Positions 36,580 to 46,082 of a stretch of DNA of 52,328 bases are shown here, piece by piece (positions within the stretch are counted from its first letter, which is position 1; every line of letters starts with the position of its first letter). Source of the stretch: an uncultured archaeon (GTDB taxonomy: Archaea > Altiarchaeota > Altiarchaeia > IMC4 > QMZM01). The position numbers were made by a program, and so were the translations under genes. The stretch covers positions 2,484 to 54,811 of the forward strand of contig CAZJVE010000009.1 in NCBI GenBank assembly GCA_964549685.1, read 5' to 3'. The notes below the pieces were generated by a model. It did no database searches. It worked only from the letters and a program-made list of their open reading frames with translations, and was not told the origin of the DNA.

Positions 36580-37320
36580 ATGGAAAGCAAATCAAATATG
36601 CTGGGGGGCAAGCGCCTGGCCGATGAGGGAATCTATCTAAACGAGGACAGATACGAGAAGCCCAAGGAGCTGTTCAAGTTTATCGCTGACATACTCGGCG
36701 ATGATGAAAAGATGGAAGGCACTCTCCTTGACGTCGGCTGCGCCACCGGGGAGCTAGTATATTATCTAAAGAACAAGCGGTTCGGCAACCTGTCCTACAC
36801 CGGCATAGACGTCTCCCAGAAGATGATAGAGCAGGCACAGGTACACATTCCCGGAGTGCGGTTTCTGGTCCAGTCAATCCTGGACGAGCAGTTCTTCCAG
36901 GAGGAAAAGTTCGATTACGTGATATGCAGCGGGGTGCTGAGCATTTTTGATGACTTAGAACCACCGCTTCTGAATCTCCTGTCCTGCACCAAACCCGGCG
37001 GGAAGCTCATCATCCACACCAACTTCAACGAGCACCCCATAGACCTGCTCATGAGATACAAGCCCTCTTTAGACAAGGAATGGCAAACAGGCTGGAACAT
37101 CTTTTCAAAGGCGACCTACGAGGATATCCTGTCCAGTTCCGGGCGTGAATCGTCCGTTGAGTGGCACGATTTCAGAATGCCCTTCGACATTCCCGAAACG
37201 GATGACCCAATGAGATGCTGGACCATCAAGACCGAGAAGAACCCGCACCAGGAGATAAACGGGGCCTGCCAGATTCTCGACAAGAAGGTGTTGGAGATAA
37301 AGATGGGGAATTGTATCTAA
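36580..37320 (+). CDS. SAM-dependent methyltransferase
   Basis: LLDVGCATGE, GIDVS, FDYVICSGVL. Confidence 0.88.
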   Translation: MESKSNMLGGKRLADEGIYLNEDRYEKPKELFKFIADILGDDEKMEGTLLDVGCATGELVYYLKNKRFGNLSYTGIDVSQKMIEQAQVHIPGVRFLVQSILDEQFFQEEKFDYVICSGVLSIFDDLEPPLLNLLSCTKPGGKLIIHTNFNEHPIDLLMRYKPSLDKEWQTGWNIFSKATYEDILSSSGRESSVEWHDFRMPFDIPETDDPMRCWTIKTEKNPHQEINGACQILDKKVLEIKMGNCI

Positions 37321-38816
37321 AATGAAAATCCTTGGAATAATTATACCTAGCTCAGATAGACATGGTGATAAGCATTTTCATTTGCCACTTGGCATGCTAT
37401 CTATTTTGGCTTCCATACGTGATGCTTTTCCCGATGCAAATCTCAAGGTCTTGGATTTTGCCATTTCACAAATTGATGAGACTGCTGCAAAAAGTGAGAT
37501 TGATAAAATCAATGACTTCAAACCGGACTACATCTGTTTTGGAGGGATGGTAACTCGTTATCGCTATATCAAGAAGCTAAGCAAATTATGCAGAAGCCAC
37601 TTCCCAAACGCTGTTCAAATCTGTGGAGGGACTGTTTCTTGGACTGGTAGCAAATCATTGAGTGCGAATTCCACTATCGATATCTTTGTTGTGGGGGAAG
37701 GAGAAGAGACGATTGTCGAAATTTTACAGAAGAAAAAACTTCAGGAGATTAGCGGCATTTGCATCAACTCACCTTATGGTGCTCTTACACAAACTTCAGC
37801 CCGTACCAGAAATAAAGATTTGGATGCAATCCCTCGACCAGCCTATGATTTGGTTGATACTCAAAAGTATATAACATTATATCAGAACCAAACAGGGTGG
37901 AGGTATCTTCCTCTGGTTGTTACGAGAGGCTGCCCTTTTAATTGTAATTTTTGTTTTCTTAATTTTGGACATGAGATGACTTATCGAAGTCCAAAATCCG
38001 TGATTGAAGAGTTAAACTACTTGAAAACCAACTATGGTATTGATTCATTTACATTATGGGATGATATTCAGTTTGTTAATAAAAAATGGGTAAAAGAATT
38101 TGCTGAAGGATTAATTGAAGAAAAACTAAATTTGAAATGGTCTTGTGTCAGCAGAGTGTCGCTGTTTCCTGAAAAAGCCCATGATGAGGACTTGGAGCTG
38201 TTAAAGCTCTGTAAGAAATCTGGTCTTTTGAGGGTATCTCTGGGAATTGAGTCCGGTAATCAAAAGATGCTAGATGCTATGAACAAAAGAATTACGGTTC
38301 CTCAAACCGAATATTGTATGCGTTTGTTGAGAGAAGCAGGGATTAAGGCATCGGGTTCAATGTTGGTGGGCTATCCCGGTGAAAACAAAAAAACAATTCA
38401 GGATTCAGTTGATTTTGCAAGAAGAAACCTTTTAAACACATCCTTCTACAAATTAATTGTACTTCCGGGTACTTCGCTTTACCGTGAGGTTCTAAGAGAC
38501 GGTTTAATCAAGGACGAAGGAGCTTATTTAGAAAAGATTAGTCTTCATGGGGATGCATCTCACATTACAATAAATCTTACGGAAATGTCTGATGAAGACT
38601 ACACTAACACAGTTGAGTGGGCAGACAGACAGGTTTCCAATCTATCCTTTTGGAGTACACTAAAATACTGGGGTCTGATAAAAGGACTTTATGAGTTTAT
38701 TCGGTATAAGGTGAAAGGGTTTCAATTGTCTTTTAAGGGACAAAAGTTCGAAACCCCATAGGTGGATAAATGGGGCCTGCCAGATCCTCGACAAGAAGGT
38801 CCTGGAGATAAATATG
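37254..38816 (+). repeat. 52-bp imperfect direct repeat (37254-37305 and 38765-38816) flanking the radical SAM gene
   Basis: GATAAACGGGGCCTGCCAGATTCTCGACAAGAAGGTGTTGGAGATAAAGATG vs GATAAATGGGGCCTGCCAGATCCTCGACAAGAAGGTCCTGGAGATAAATATG; 5 mismatches. Confidence 0.92.
37322..38761 (+). CDS. Cobalamin-binding radical SAM protein (class B methyltransferase-like); AT-rich codon usage
   Basis: PLGML, CGG, VVGEGE, RGCPFNCNFC, GIESGNQ, VGYPGE, LPGT. Confidence 0.9.
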   Translation: MKILGIIIPSSDRHGDKHFHLPLGMLSILASIRDAFPDANLKVLDFAISQIDETAAKSEIDKINDFKPDYICFGGMVTRYRYIKKLSKLCRSHFPNAVQICGGTVSWTGSKSLSANSTIDIFVVGEGEETIVEILQKKKLQEISGICINSPYGALTQTSARTRNKDLDAIPRPAYDLVDTQKYITLYQNQTGWRYLPLVVTRGCPFNCNFCFLNFGHEMTYRSPKSVIEELNYLKTNYGIDSFTLWDDIQFVNKKWVKEFAEGLIEEKLNLKWSCVSRVSLFPEKAHDEDLELLKLCKKSGLLRVSLGIESGNQKMLDAMNKRITVPQTEYCMRLLREAGIKASGSMLVGYPGENKKTIQDSVDFARRNLLNTSFYKLIVLPGTSLYREVLRDGLIKDEGAYLEKISLHGDASHITINLTEMSDEDYTNTVEWADRQVSNLSFWSTLKYWGLIKGLYEFIRYKVKGFQLSFKGQKFETP

Positions 38817-38923
38817 AAATAATCCCCCATTGTTGATTTGTTCAAAAACCAATCCTTTTTTAAAGGATTACTACAATAATATATTCAATAGTTAAAGAAT
38901 TCAATAACATTTGGTGAAATGAA

Positions 38924-40033
38924 ATGAGACACTGCAAAAAATGCGTAATGCCGGATACGCGGCCCGGCATAGTTTTCAATGAAGAGGGAGTATGCTCGGC
39001 CTGCGTCAACTACGAGAAGAAGAAGACCATCGACTGGGACGCCCGCTGGAAGGAGCTCGAGAAGCTTTGTGACAAGTACCGGGGCTCTAACGGAGATTCA
39101 TACGACTGCGCCATTGCGGTATCGGGCGGAAAGGACTCCCATACGCAGGTTCACATAATGAAGGACAAGCTGGAAATGAACCCCCTGCCCCTTACGGTCA
39201 ACAATGCCAGCTGGACGCAAACAGGCAGGAGAAACCTCGCCAACATATCTGCGGCATTTGGTTGCGACATAATCTCGCTCTCGGTCAACGGGCGCGCCTT
39301 CAAGATAATGGGGAGGAAGGCGCTCATCGAACTCGGCTCCCCCATGTGGTATGCTGATGCTGCAATATACGCCTTCCCCTACAAGATGGCGATTAAGATG
39401 GGCCTGAAGCTGCTGGTCTATGGCGAAAACGTCAACTACGAATACGGCGGGAGCCAGAAGGAGGAGACCTACAGCGCCAAGAAACAGTTTGAAAATGATG
39501 TTGTCAAGCCAATCGATTTCTCGAAGTGGCTCGGGGACGGCATAACGATGAAGGACCTGGAGTGCGCCACGAACCCGACTTACGAAGAGCTTGAGGCCGC
39601 GGAACTAGAGCCAATATACATGTCATACTTCGTGCCCTGGGACAGCCAGCGCAACTATGAGATTGCCAAGCGCTTCGGTTTCCATCACCTGGGCCACGAG
39701 TGGGTTCGGGAGGGGACCATAGAGCAGTACAATCAGATTGACAGCCCCGGATATCTCATAAACCAGTGGTTCAAGTATCCCAAGTTCGGTCACGCAAGCG
39801 CAACGGAAATGGCGTCCCGCTGGATACGCGGGGGCACGATGACCCGGGAGGAGGCGATTCCGCTTGTTAAGAAACACGACAAAATCCTTGACCAGCGCAT
39901 CCTGGACGACTTCCTTGGCTATGTGGGCATGTCGCACCGCGAGTTCTGGGAGATTGCCGACAAGTGGTACAATCCCGACCTCTTTGAAAAGGACAGGTCT
40001 GGCATCTGGAGGGAGAAGTTCGAGCTGAAGTAA
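38924..40033 (+). CDS. N-acetyl sugar amidotransferase (WbpG-like, PP-loop)
   Basis: CKKCVMPDTRPGI...CSAC, AVSGGKDS, YGEN, KYPKFG, TREEA. Confidence 0.88.
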   Translation: MRHCKKCVMPDTRPGIVFNEEGVCSACVNYEKKKTIDWDARWKELEKLCDKYRGSNGDSYDCAIAVSGGKDSHTQVHIMKDKLEMNPLPLTVNNASWTQTGRRNLANISAAFGCDIISLSVNGRAFKIMGRKALIELGSPMWYADAAIYAFPYKMAIKMGLKLLVYGENVNYEYGGSQKEETYSAKKQFENDVVKPIDFSKWLGDGITMKDLECATNPTYEELEAAELEPIYMSYFVPWDSQRNYEIAKRFGFHHLGHEWVREGTIEQYNQIDSPGYLINQWFKYPKFGHASATEMASRWIRGGTMTREEAIPLVKKHDKILDQRILDDFLGYVGMSHREFWEIADKWYNPDLFEKDRSGIWREKFELK

Positions 40034-41161
40034 TCAGGAATCAACGAACTGCTTCTGGTGCGGGATATCCCACACCTCCTTTCTCTTCAGGACTTCATAG
40101 AACTTTTTGGTGCTGTCACCCTTCACGAACTCGTAGCATTCCTTTATCTCCATATCTTCAGCCTTTGAGATTGCCTCCAGGATTTTCTCCTTTTCATTGG
40201 CTACGTTTATGATACTCTCGTTCTTGCTCCTGTTCTTCTGCCTGCTACCGATGTTGATTGTTGGCGTTCCAAAGATGCTCGCCTCCTTTATCCCTGAGCT
40301 CGAGTTCCCGATGATGAATTCCGAGTTCTTCAGCAGGGTCAGGAAGTATTCATACCTCAGGGAGGTAAACAGCCTGAAGTGCTTGTTTTCTTTCAGGGAC
40401 ATTATCGCCTCCATTATGATGTCGGAACCCGGGTCGTTGTTGGGATATACTACAAGATAATTTTTCCCGGACTCGGTCACGGCGGAAATCACCTCCTTTA
40501 TGTTCCTCCTCTGCTTCTCCCCCTCGATTGTCGTTACCGGGTGATAGATGAACAGGGCATACCTGTCGAACTCTATGTCGTAGTGCTTCTTGGTCTTCTC
40601 AAGCGGGGGCATGTTTTCTTCCCTCATGGCATCGAGGTCGAAGGAGCCTATTATGAAGATGTTCGATTCCCTTTCCCCCATGCTCACCAGCCTCTTCTTG
40701 GCCTCTTCGTTCGAAACAAAATGTATGTGGCTGAGCTTTGTTATGGCGTGCCTTATCAGCTCATCGATGGTGCCCGATATCTCGCCGCCCTCGATATGCA
40801 GGACCAGGATATTGTTGAGTGAGCCCACAAGGGCCCCGGCCAGCGCCTCGATTCTGTCCCCATGTACTATTATCATGTCCGGCTTCGTCTCCTTCACGTA
40901 GTTGGCAAAACCTATGATTGTGTTTGATAACACGGTGTCCATCTCGTCGAAGTCCCTCTGGTTTATGAACTTGTAGATTTTCTTGTAGCCCGACCTCTCG
41001 ACCTCCACGTAGGTGTCGCCGTATTTGGAAAGGGTATGCATCCCAGTCACAAATACATAACAGTCAAACGATTCAGAATTCTCCACCTCGGTAATCAGCG
41101 ATTTCAACTTGCCGAAATCCGCTCTCGTGCCGGTCAGGAATACTATCTTCTTCTTATCCAT
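40034..41161 (-). CDS. neuC: UDP-N-acetylglucosamine 2-epimerase (hydrolysing)
   Basis: TGTRADFG, TGMH, HGDRIE, HIEGGE, RHAITKL, HPVT, YPNND, GNSSSG, GSRQ. Confidence 0.93.
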   Translation of the reverse strand: MDKKKIVFLTGTRADFGKLKSLITEVENSESFDCYVFVTGMHTLSKYGDTYVEVERSGYKKIYKFINQRDFDEMDTVLSNTIIGFANYVKETKPDMIIVHGDRIEALAGALVGSLNNILVLHIEGGEISGTIDELIRHAITKLSHIHFVSNEEAKKRLVSMGERESNIFIIGSFDLDAMREENMPPLEKTKKHYDIEFDRYALFIYHPVTTIEGEKQRRNIKEVISAVTESGKNYLVVYPNNDPGSDIIMEAIMSLKENKHFRLFTSLRYEYFLTLLKNSEFIIGNSSSGIKEASIFGTPTINIGSRQKNRSKNESIINVANEKEKILEAISKAEDMEIKECYEFVKGDSTKKFYEVLKRKEVWDIPHQKQFVDS

Positions 41162-42191
41162 TCTCAATCATGCCCCGCTCAAGCTGGGTGTCCTTTTCTA
41201 TATCCTCTTTGGATTTCTTGCCTAAAATATCCTCGTAGTGCTCTGCCTTTATTTCCCCGGTGCCGGGCCTCTTCACCCATATGTTCTCCATGCTGAATTC
41301 CTCCCCCTTCCCGATTTTCCTTGTGGTTACGACACAGGCGTATGCAAAGTCTATGGTCGGTTTCTCTTCCTTGAGAATATTCTTCGAGCCGCCCAGCGCC
41401 TGGTGGATTGCCTTACTCCCCTTAACCAGGTCCTCCAGCCCTGCCGGGTCTATGGATATGGGCACATCCGGGCCGTCCCAGCTCATGTCCGAGGTAAAAT
41501 GCTTCTCCAGGATTGAGGCCCCCAGCGGAATTGCTCCAAAAGCCGTGTAATTCCCAACCGAGTGGTCGCTCAGCCCAACGACCGCATTGGGGAAACCCTT
41601 CATCAACTCAGCCAGCGCCCCGAGCCTCACCTTCTCGTATGGTGTTGGATACATGGAGGTGCAGTGCAGCAGGGCATAGCCCACTCCCTTATCCTCAAGA
41701 ATCTCAACACTCTTTGATACGCTCTTTATGTCGTTCATCCCCGTGCTCAGTATCACGGGCTTGCCGAAGGAGGCAATGTGCTTGACGAGGGGATAGTTGT
41801 TGCATTCCCCCGAGCCTATCTTGTAGGCCTCAACATCCATCTCCTCCAGCCGGTTGGCGGCCTCTCTCGAGAAGGGCGTGCACAGGTAGAGCATTCCCAG
41901 CTCCTCGGCATACCCCTTCAGCTTCCTGTGCTCCTCGTCGCTAAGTGAGCATCTATCCATGATGTCCCATATGGACTCGTCCGCATTGGCTGGAACGACG
42001 TCGTTCCTTATCATCTCGTCGTTGATTACGTGATACTGAAACTTCACGCACTCGGCGCCGCTCTTCCCCGCGTCCTTCACCATCCTCCTGGCCTTCTCGA
42101 ACTCCCCATTATGGTTAATCCCTATCTCCGGTATGACGAAGGGGGGGTGTTCCCTGCCTATCTCCCTGCTGCCTATCTTAATGCTCTTCAT
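41154..42191 (-). CDS. neuB: N-acetylneuraminate (nonulosonic acid) synthase
   Basis: PEIGINHNG, KFQ, TPFS, KIGSGE, LSTGM, LHCTSMYP, GLSDH, EKHFT, C-terminal SAF domain KRPGTG. Confidence 0.95.
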   Translation of the reverse strand: MKSIKIGSREIGREHPPFVIPEIGINHNGEFEKARRMVKDAGKSGAECVKFQYHVINDEMIRNDVVPANADESIWDIMDRCSLSDEEHRKLKGYAEELGMLYLCTPFSREAANRLEEMDVEAYKIGSGECNNYPLVKHIASFGKPVILSTGMNDIKSVSKSVEILEDKGVGYALLHCTSMYPTPYEKVRLGALAELMKGFPNAVVGLSDHSVGNYTAFGAIPLGASILEKHFTSDMSWDGPDVPISIDPAGLEDLVKGSKAIHQALGGSKNILKEEKPTIDFAYACVVTTRKIGKGEEFSMENIWVKRPGTGEIKAEHYEDILGKKSKEDIEKDTQLERGMIENG

Positions 42192-42879
42192 TCTGAATCA
42201 GGAATTCTGCGAACCTGAGGTCCAAGTCGGTATCTATGTCAACGGACCTCTCCGGGGGCATTACCACGCCGCCCATGTTGTCGGACAGTATCCTGGATTC
42301 CTTCATTATAAGGTCCCTGCTCATGACATAAACTGCCCCGTTTGACCGGTAGAGTTCAGGTAAATCCTGACTTCTTACCGCCTTGTTGGCCCCCTTGACA
42401 AAGGGCTCAAGTTTCCCGTCCCTGAGCTCGTACATCCAGTGCGGCGGGCACTGTGCCCTGCTCACGGTCAATACCGGGTCGTAGTCAGAGTCTAGGAATT
42501 TCTCAACCGCCTTGTCTATGTCCTCCCTCTTCCTGAGGGGAGAGGTCGGCTGGAGCAGGACCACCAGCTCCGGGTGATAATCCTCGTTCTCTTCAAGATA
42601 CTGTATAGCATGCTGAATAACCGGAAGGGACGGCGTCTCGTCCTTCGATAGTTCAGCCGGCCTCATGAATGGCACCTCGGCCCCGTGCTCCCTGGAGACC
42701 CCGGCTATCTCCTCATCATCGGTTGAAACCACCAGCCTGTCAATATGCTCTGACCTCAGGGCCTCCTCTATGGTATGGGCAATCAGCGGCTTTCCAGCCA
42801 GTGCTTTGACGTTCTTTCCGGGCAGTCTCCTGGAGCCGCCCCTTGCTGTGATGATTGCAAGAACCTTCCTTTTAGGCAT
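42178..42879 (-). CDS. neuA: CMP-nonulosonic acid synthetase (acylneuraminate cytidylyltransferase)
   Basis: ARGGSRRLPGKN, VSTD, RPAEL, LQPTSPLR, NGAVY, SVDIDT. Confidence 0.95.
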   Translation of the reverse strand: MPKRKVLAIITARGGSRRLPGKNVKALAGKPLIAHTIEEALRSEHIDRLVVSTDDEEIAGVSREHGAEVPFMRPAELSKDETPSLPVIQHAIQYLEENEDYHPELVVLLQPTSPLRKREDIDKAVEKFLDSDYDPVLTVSRAQCPPHWMYELRDGKLEPFVKGANKAVRSQDLPELYRSNGAVYVMSRDLIMKESRILSDNMGGVVMPPERSVDIDTDLDLRFAEFLIQNEEH

Positions 42880-42914
42880 AACTTACCTATTAGAATCAAT
42901 CCCTATATTTTAAA

Positions 42915-44000
42915 ATGCAGCCAAAGGTATCTGTAATAATCCTGAACTGGAACCAGCCCGAATTCACCGTGAACTGCATAAAGTCCGTCCTGAAGCAGGA
43001 CTACAAGGACTTCGAGATTCTCCTGGTAGATAATGGCAGCAGGGACGATTCCGTTAAGACATTCCGGAAGGAATTCGCAGATAACAAAAAAATCCGAATC
43101 CTTGCAAACCCGGATAACCTGGGCTATGCGGGGGGCAACAACGAGGGGGTCAAAAATGCCGGGGGAGAGTACGCAGTAATCCTGAACAACGACACAACGG
43201 TCGAGAGGGACTGGCTGGGAGAACTGGTACGGGCCATGGAGGGGGACGAGAAAATCGCCGCCGTTTCAGCCACCGAGATAAGGGAGGGTGAGGCGGAGGA
43301 GGGAAGGAACAAAGTCGACCTGAAAAAGATGAAACCGGTGCAGACCCTGCTCGGATATTCCGCCTACTACAAACTCAAGAAACCGCTCAAGAGCGCAGAG
43401 CTGGTCGACGTCTTCGGCATCGACGGCTGTTCGTTCATCTACCGAAAAGAGCTAGCCAACCCGCCATTCGACCCTGACTACTTCATTTATGCTGAAGATG
43501 CATATCTCGGCTGGCTCCTGAGGCTGAAGGGCTACAGGACCATGCTCTCAACGACTGCCATAGTCCATCACTTTCATAACGTCGTGAAGAAGAAGGAGGG
43601 CGGAAAGATAAACAAGTACTTCGTCTATCTGGGAGAGAGGAACAGGATACTCAACATACTCACCCTCTTCGGGCTGGGTACCCTGCTCAGAGTAATGCCG
43701 CTTCTCATCATCAATGTCATACTGCTGAACGCCCTCGAGCCGAGGAAGGCCCCCCACAGAGCAAAATCCTACCTGTGGCTCCTGACCCACCCCTGGCTCA
43801 TCCTGAAAAAGAGGAAGAGGATACAGGCCCAGAGAACGGTTCCCGACTCGGCAATAATAGCCGAGAACAGTTGCAAGATGATGGAGGGAGCCAAGGCCAA
43901 GAGCCTCGCCTCCAGGATTATGTTGACCCTTCTGAACGGGCTCTTCCGCATCTATTGCCGGTTCGTCAATCTAAAGACCGGAGAAATCAGACAACTTTAA
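42915..44000 (+). CDS. Glycosyltransferase family 2
   Basis: VSVIILNWN, VDNGSRD, NLGYAGGNN, LNNDT, YAED. Confidence 0.93.
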   Translation: MQPKVSVIILNWNQPEFTVNCIKSVLKQDYKDFEILLVDNGSRDDSVKTFRKEFADNKKIRILANPDNLGYAGGNNEGVKNAGGEYAVILNNDTTVERDWLGELVRAMEGDEKIAAVSATEIREGEAEEGRNKVDLKKMKPVQTLLGYSAYYKLKKPLKSAELVDVFGIDGCSFIYRKELANPPFDPDYFIYAEDAYLGWLLRLKGYRTMLSTTAIVHHFHNVVKKKEGGKINKYFVYLGERNRILNILTLFGLGTLLRVMPLLIINVILLNALEPRKAPHRAKSYLWLLTHPWLILKKRKRIQAQRTVPDSAIIAENSCKMMEGAKAKSLASRIMLTLLNGLFRIYCRFVNLKTGEIRQL

Positions 44001-44033
44001 ATAATCAATTCGAAATCAATACATATTCAAAAA

Positions 44034-45203
44034 ATGAACGTTTACATGTTCTGTCTGGACGCCCTCGGCACGAATCCTTTGAAGACCCCGGACGCGTGCC
44101 CGCAGCTGACGGACTACATAGACAACAGCGACCTGCTGTACAAGAACACCATCGCGCCGTGCCCGTTCACGGACTGCTCCATCGTGAGCATGTTCACCGG
44201 ACTCTACGGAACGCTGCACAGGGCCGACAGCTGGGGGATGGTGGAGAAGACGTTCAAAAGAGATGAGGTGGTAACCCTGCCCCAGATACTCACCAACCTC
44301 GGATACAAGAGCTTCTACATCGGATATGACTGCCTGACCACCGAGGCGAGCTTTTTTGACGATACCCATCTGATGGACCTTGTCCAGAACATGAAGAGGG
44401 TCGGGCAGCACACGGTCGGTTTTTCCGATGCCGAGTACAGGAAAAAGCACAACAAGAAATACGCCGAGCTCGTGAACAAGACGGAAGGAGACAAAATTGT
44501 TTTCGTCCATGACATGAATTATCACGATGTTAACAGATGCCTTGGTATCGATGTTCCATTATTCTCGTGGTGCGACGAAACAAACGCAGAATACGAGCGG
44601 TGCATGAGGTTCATGGACGACCAGCTGCCCATCAAATACTACGACATAGATTTCGACGAGGACATAGTCATCATATTCCCGGACCACGGCGGCAAGACCT
44701 GGGACGAAATCTACCTGGACGAGAGGTTCGTCAAGACGTTCTGGGCAATCTATGCGCCCAATGCCAAGAAGAGAGTCACAGAGAAGTTCTACAGCTTTGT
44801 GGACTTCCTCTCCATCTTCCTCGAGCTGCTGGGTATAACTGATACTGACATCTGCCAGGGCAAGAGAGATGGGGGAGAGTATTGCGTGTCCTTCGGCGGG
44901 ATAGGCAACCCGAAGTTCAGCAAGTGGGCATCCCCTGACAAGCCGAACCAGTTCATGATAACGGACGGCGACCGGTACTACTACCGCCACGACAAGATCG
45001 GGGAGATAGTAACAGATGAATGGGACTTCTCGGACGTCGGCAAGGTGGAATCAGATGAAAAGCTGATAGAGTTCTACAAGAACAAGATGGATGAGATTCT
45101 GTATCCTGATAAAAAGATACAGGATTTCTATTCACCTGAATTACTTACTAAATTTGGATTGGACGAGAAGCAGGTACTTGCCCTGTCCGGGGAAAAGAAA
45201 TAG
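44034..45203 (+). CDS. Sulfatase-like/alkaline phosphatase superfamily protein lacking the CxPxR motif
   Basis: CLDAL, APCPFTDCSIVSMFTGLY, TLPQIL, PDHG. Confidence 0.7.
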   Translation: MNVYMFCLDALGTNPLKTPDACPQLTDYIDNSDLLYKNTIAPCPFTDCSIVSMFTGLYGTLHRADSWGMVEKTFKRDEVVTLPQILTNLGYKSFYIGYDCLTTEASFFDDTHLMDLVQNMKRVGQHTVGFSDAEYRKKHNKKYAELVNKTEGDKIVFVHDMNYHDVNRCLGIDVPLFSWCDETNAEYERCMRFMDDQLPIKYYDIDFDEDIVIIFPDHGGKTWDEIYLDERFVKTFWAIYAPNAKKRVTEKFYSFVDFLSIFLELLGITDTDICQGKRDGGEYCVSFGGIGNPKFSKWASPDKPNQFMITDGDRYYYRHDKIGEIVTDEWDFSDVGKVESDEKLIEFYKNKMDEILYPDKKIQDFYSPELLTKFGLDEKQVLALSGEKK

Positions 45204-45258
45204 GGCCTTCTGGCCAATGGGGAGTTCGATTTTAATTAACCGATTCCAAATCTAATAC

Positions 45259-46023
45259 ATGCTAAGAAACATCCCCCGAAAAGTCTCAAACGTTTTAACC
45301 CGCCCCAGCTTCAGGGTCAAGTTCATCGAGCCCATGGCGTACGTTCTGAAGTCAAAGAATCCCGCAGTGAAACTGTTCATGGGCGCCATACAGGTCGTCT
45401 CAGCAGTACCCTATTTCTTCAGGGGCATGTTCGTCATAGAGATGAACGAGCGGATAGTCGAGAGGCCCTTCCTCTACCAGAACCTCGACCTCAAGAAGGG
45501 CTCGAAGATACTGGAGTTCGGCTGCTGCATGAGCCGGCTCGCGGTCGAGCTCGCGTCACTGGGCTACAAGGTCACGGGCATAGACCTGAACGACTACGAG
45601 TTCAAGCACCCGAACCTCACCTTCATCCATGGAGATTTTTTCGACAGCGAATTCAAGGACAATGAATTCGACGCGGTCCTTGCAGTTTCCAGTGTTGAAC
45701 ATGCAGGCCTCGGGCACTACCGCGAGAAGGAGAGGGAGGGAGGCGACTTCAGAATCGTCGATGAGATACGCAGGATACTGAAGCCTGGAGGAAGATTCAT
45801 AATCACGGTCCCCTTCGGCTCCGGCGGACAGACGAAGTCCTACCGGATATACGACCCCGGCAGGATGGACCGGCTTCTGGAGGGCTTCAAGATAGACGCC
45901 GAGGAGCACTGCATAAAGAAGGGGCGCACCTGGATTCCGGCATCCAGGAAAACCGCCGCAGGGATTGACTCATCAAAGGGAGCGAGGGCAGTAGCCATGG
46001 TCTCCTGCAGGAAGAAGGGCTGA
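45259..46023 (+). CDS. SAM-dependent methyltransferase
   Basis: ERIVERPF, LEFGC, GIDL, SSVEHAGLG, LKPGG, TVPFG. Confidence 0.85.
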   Translation: MLRNIPRKVSNVLTRPSFRVKFIEPMAYVLKSKNPAVKLFMGAIQVVSAVPYFFRGMFVIEMNERIVERPFLYQNLDLKKGSKILEFGCCMSRLAVELASLGYKVTGIDLNDYEFKHPNLTFIHGDFFDSEFKDNEFDAVLAVSSVEHAGLGHYREKEREGGDFRIVDEIRRILKPGGRFIITVPFGSGGQTKSYRIYDPGRMDRLLEGFKIDAEEHCIKKGRTWIPASRKTAAGIDSSKGARAVAMVSCRKKG

Positions 46024-46082
46024 TTTCCCCCCTATATATAAAAGAAATATTAATCTATACAAACAGGGTTATTTGAATCACA

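Noticed and set aside
37254-38816. 52-bp repeat pair as DGR template/variable region
   Set aside because: Mismatches are not confined to adenines of one copy on either strand, and no reverse transcriptase is in the window.
44034-45203. True arylsulfatase
   Set aside because: Lacks the C/SxPxR formylglycine signature (PFTDCS instead).
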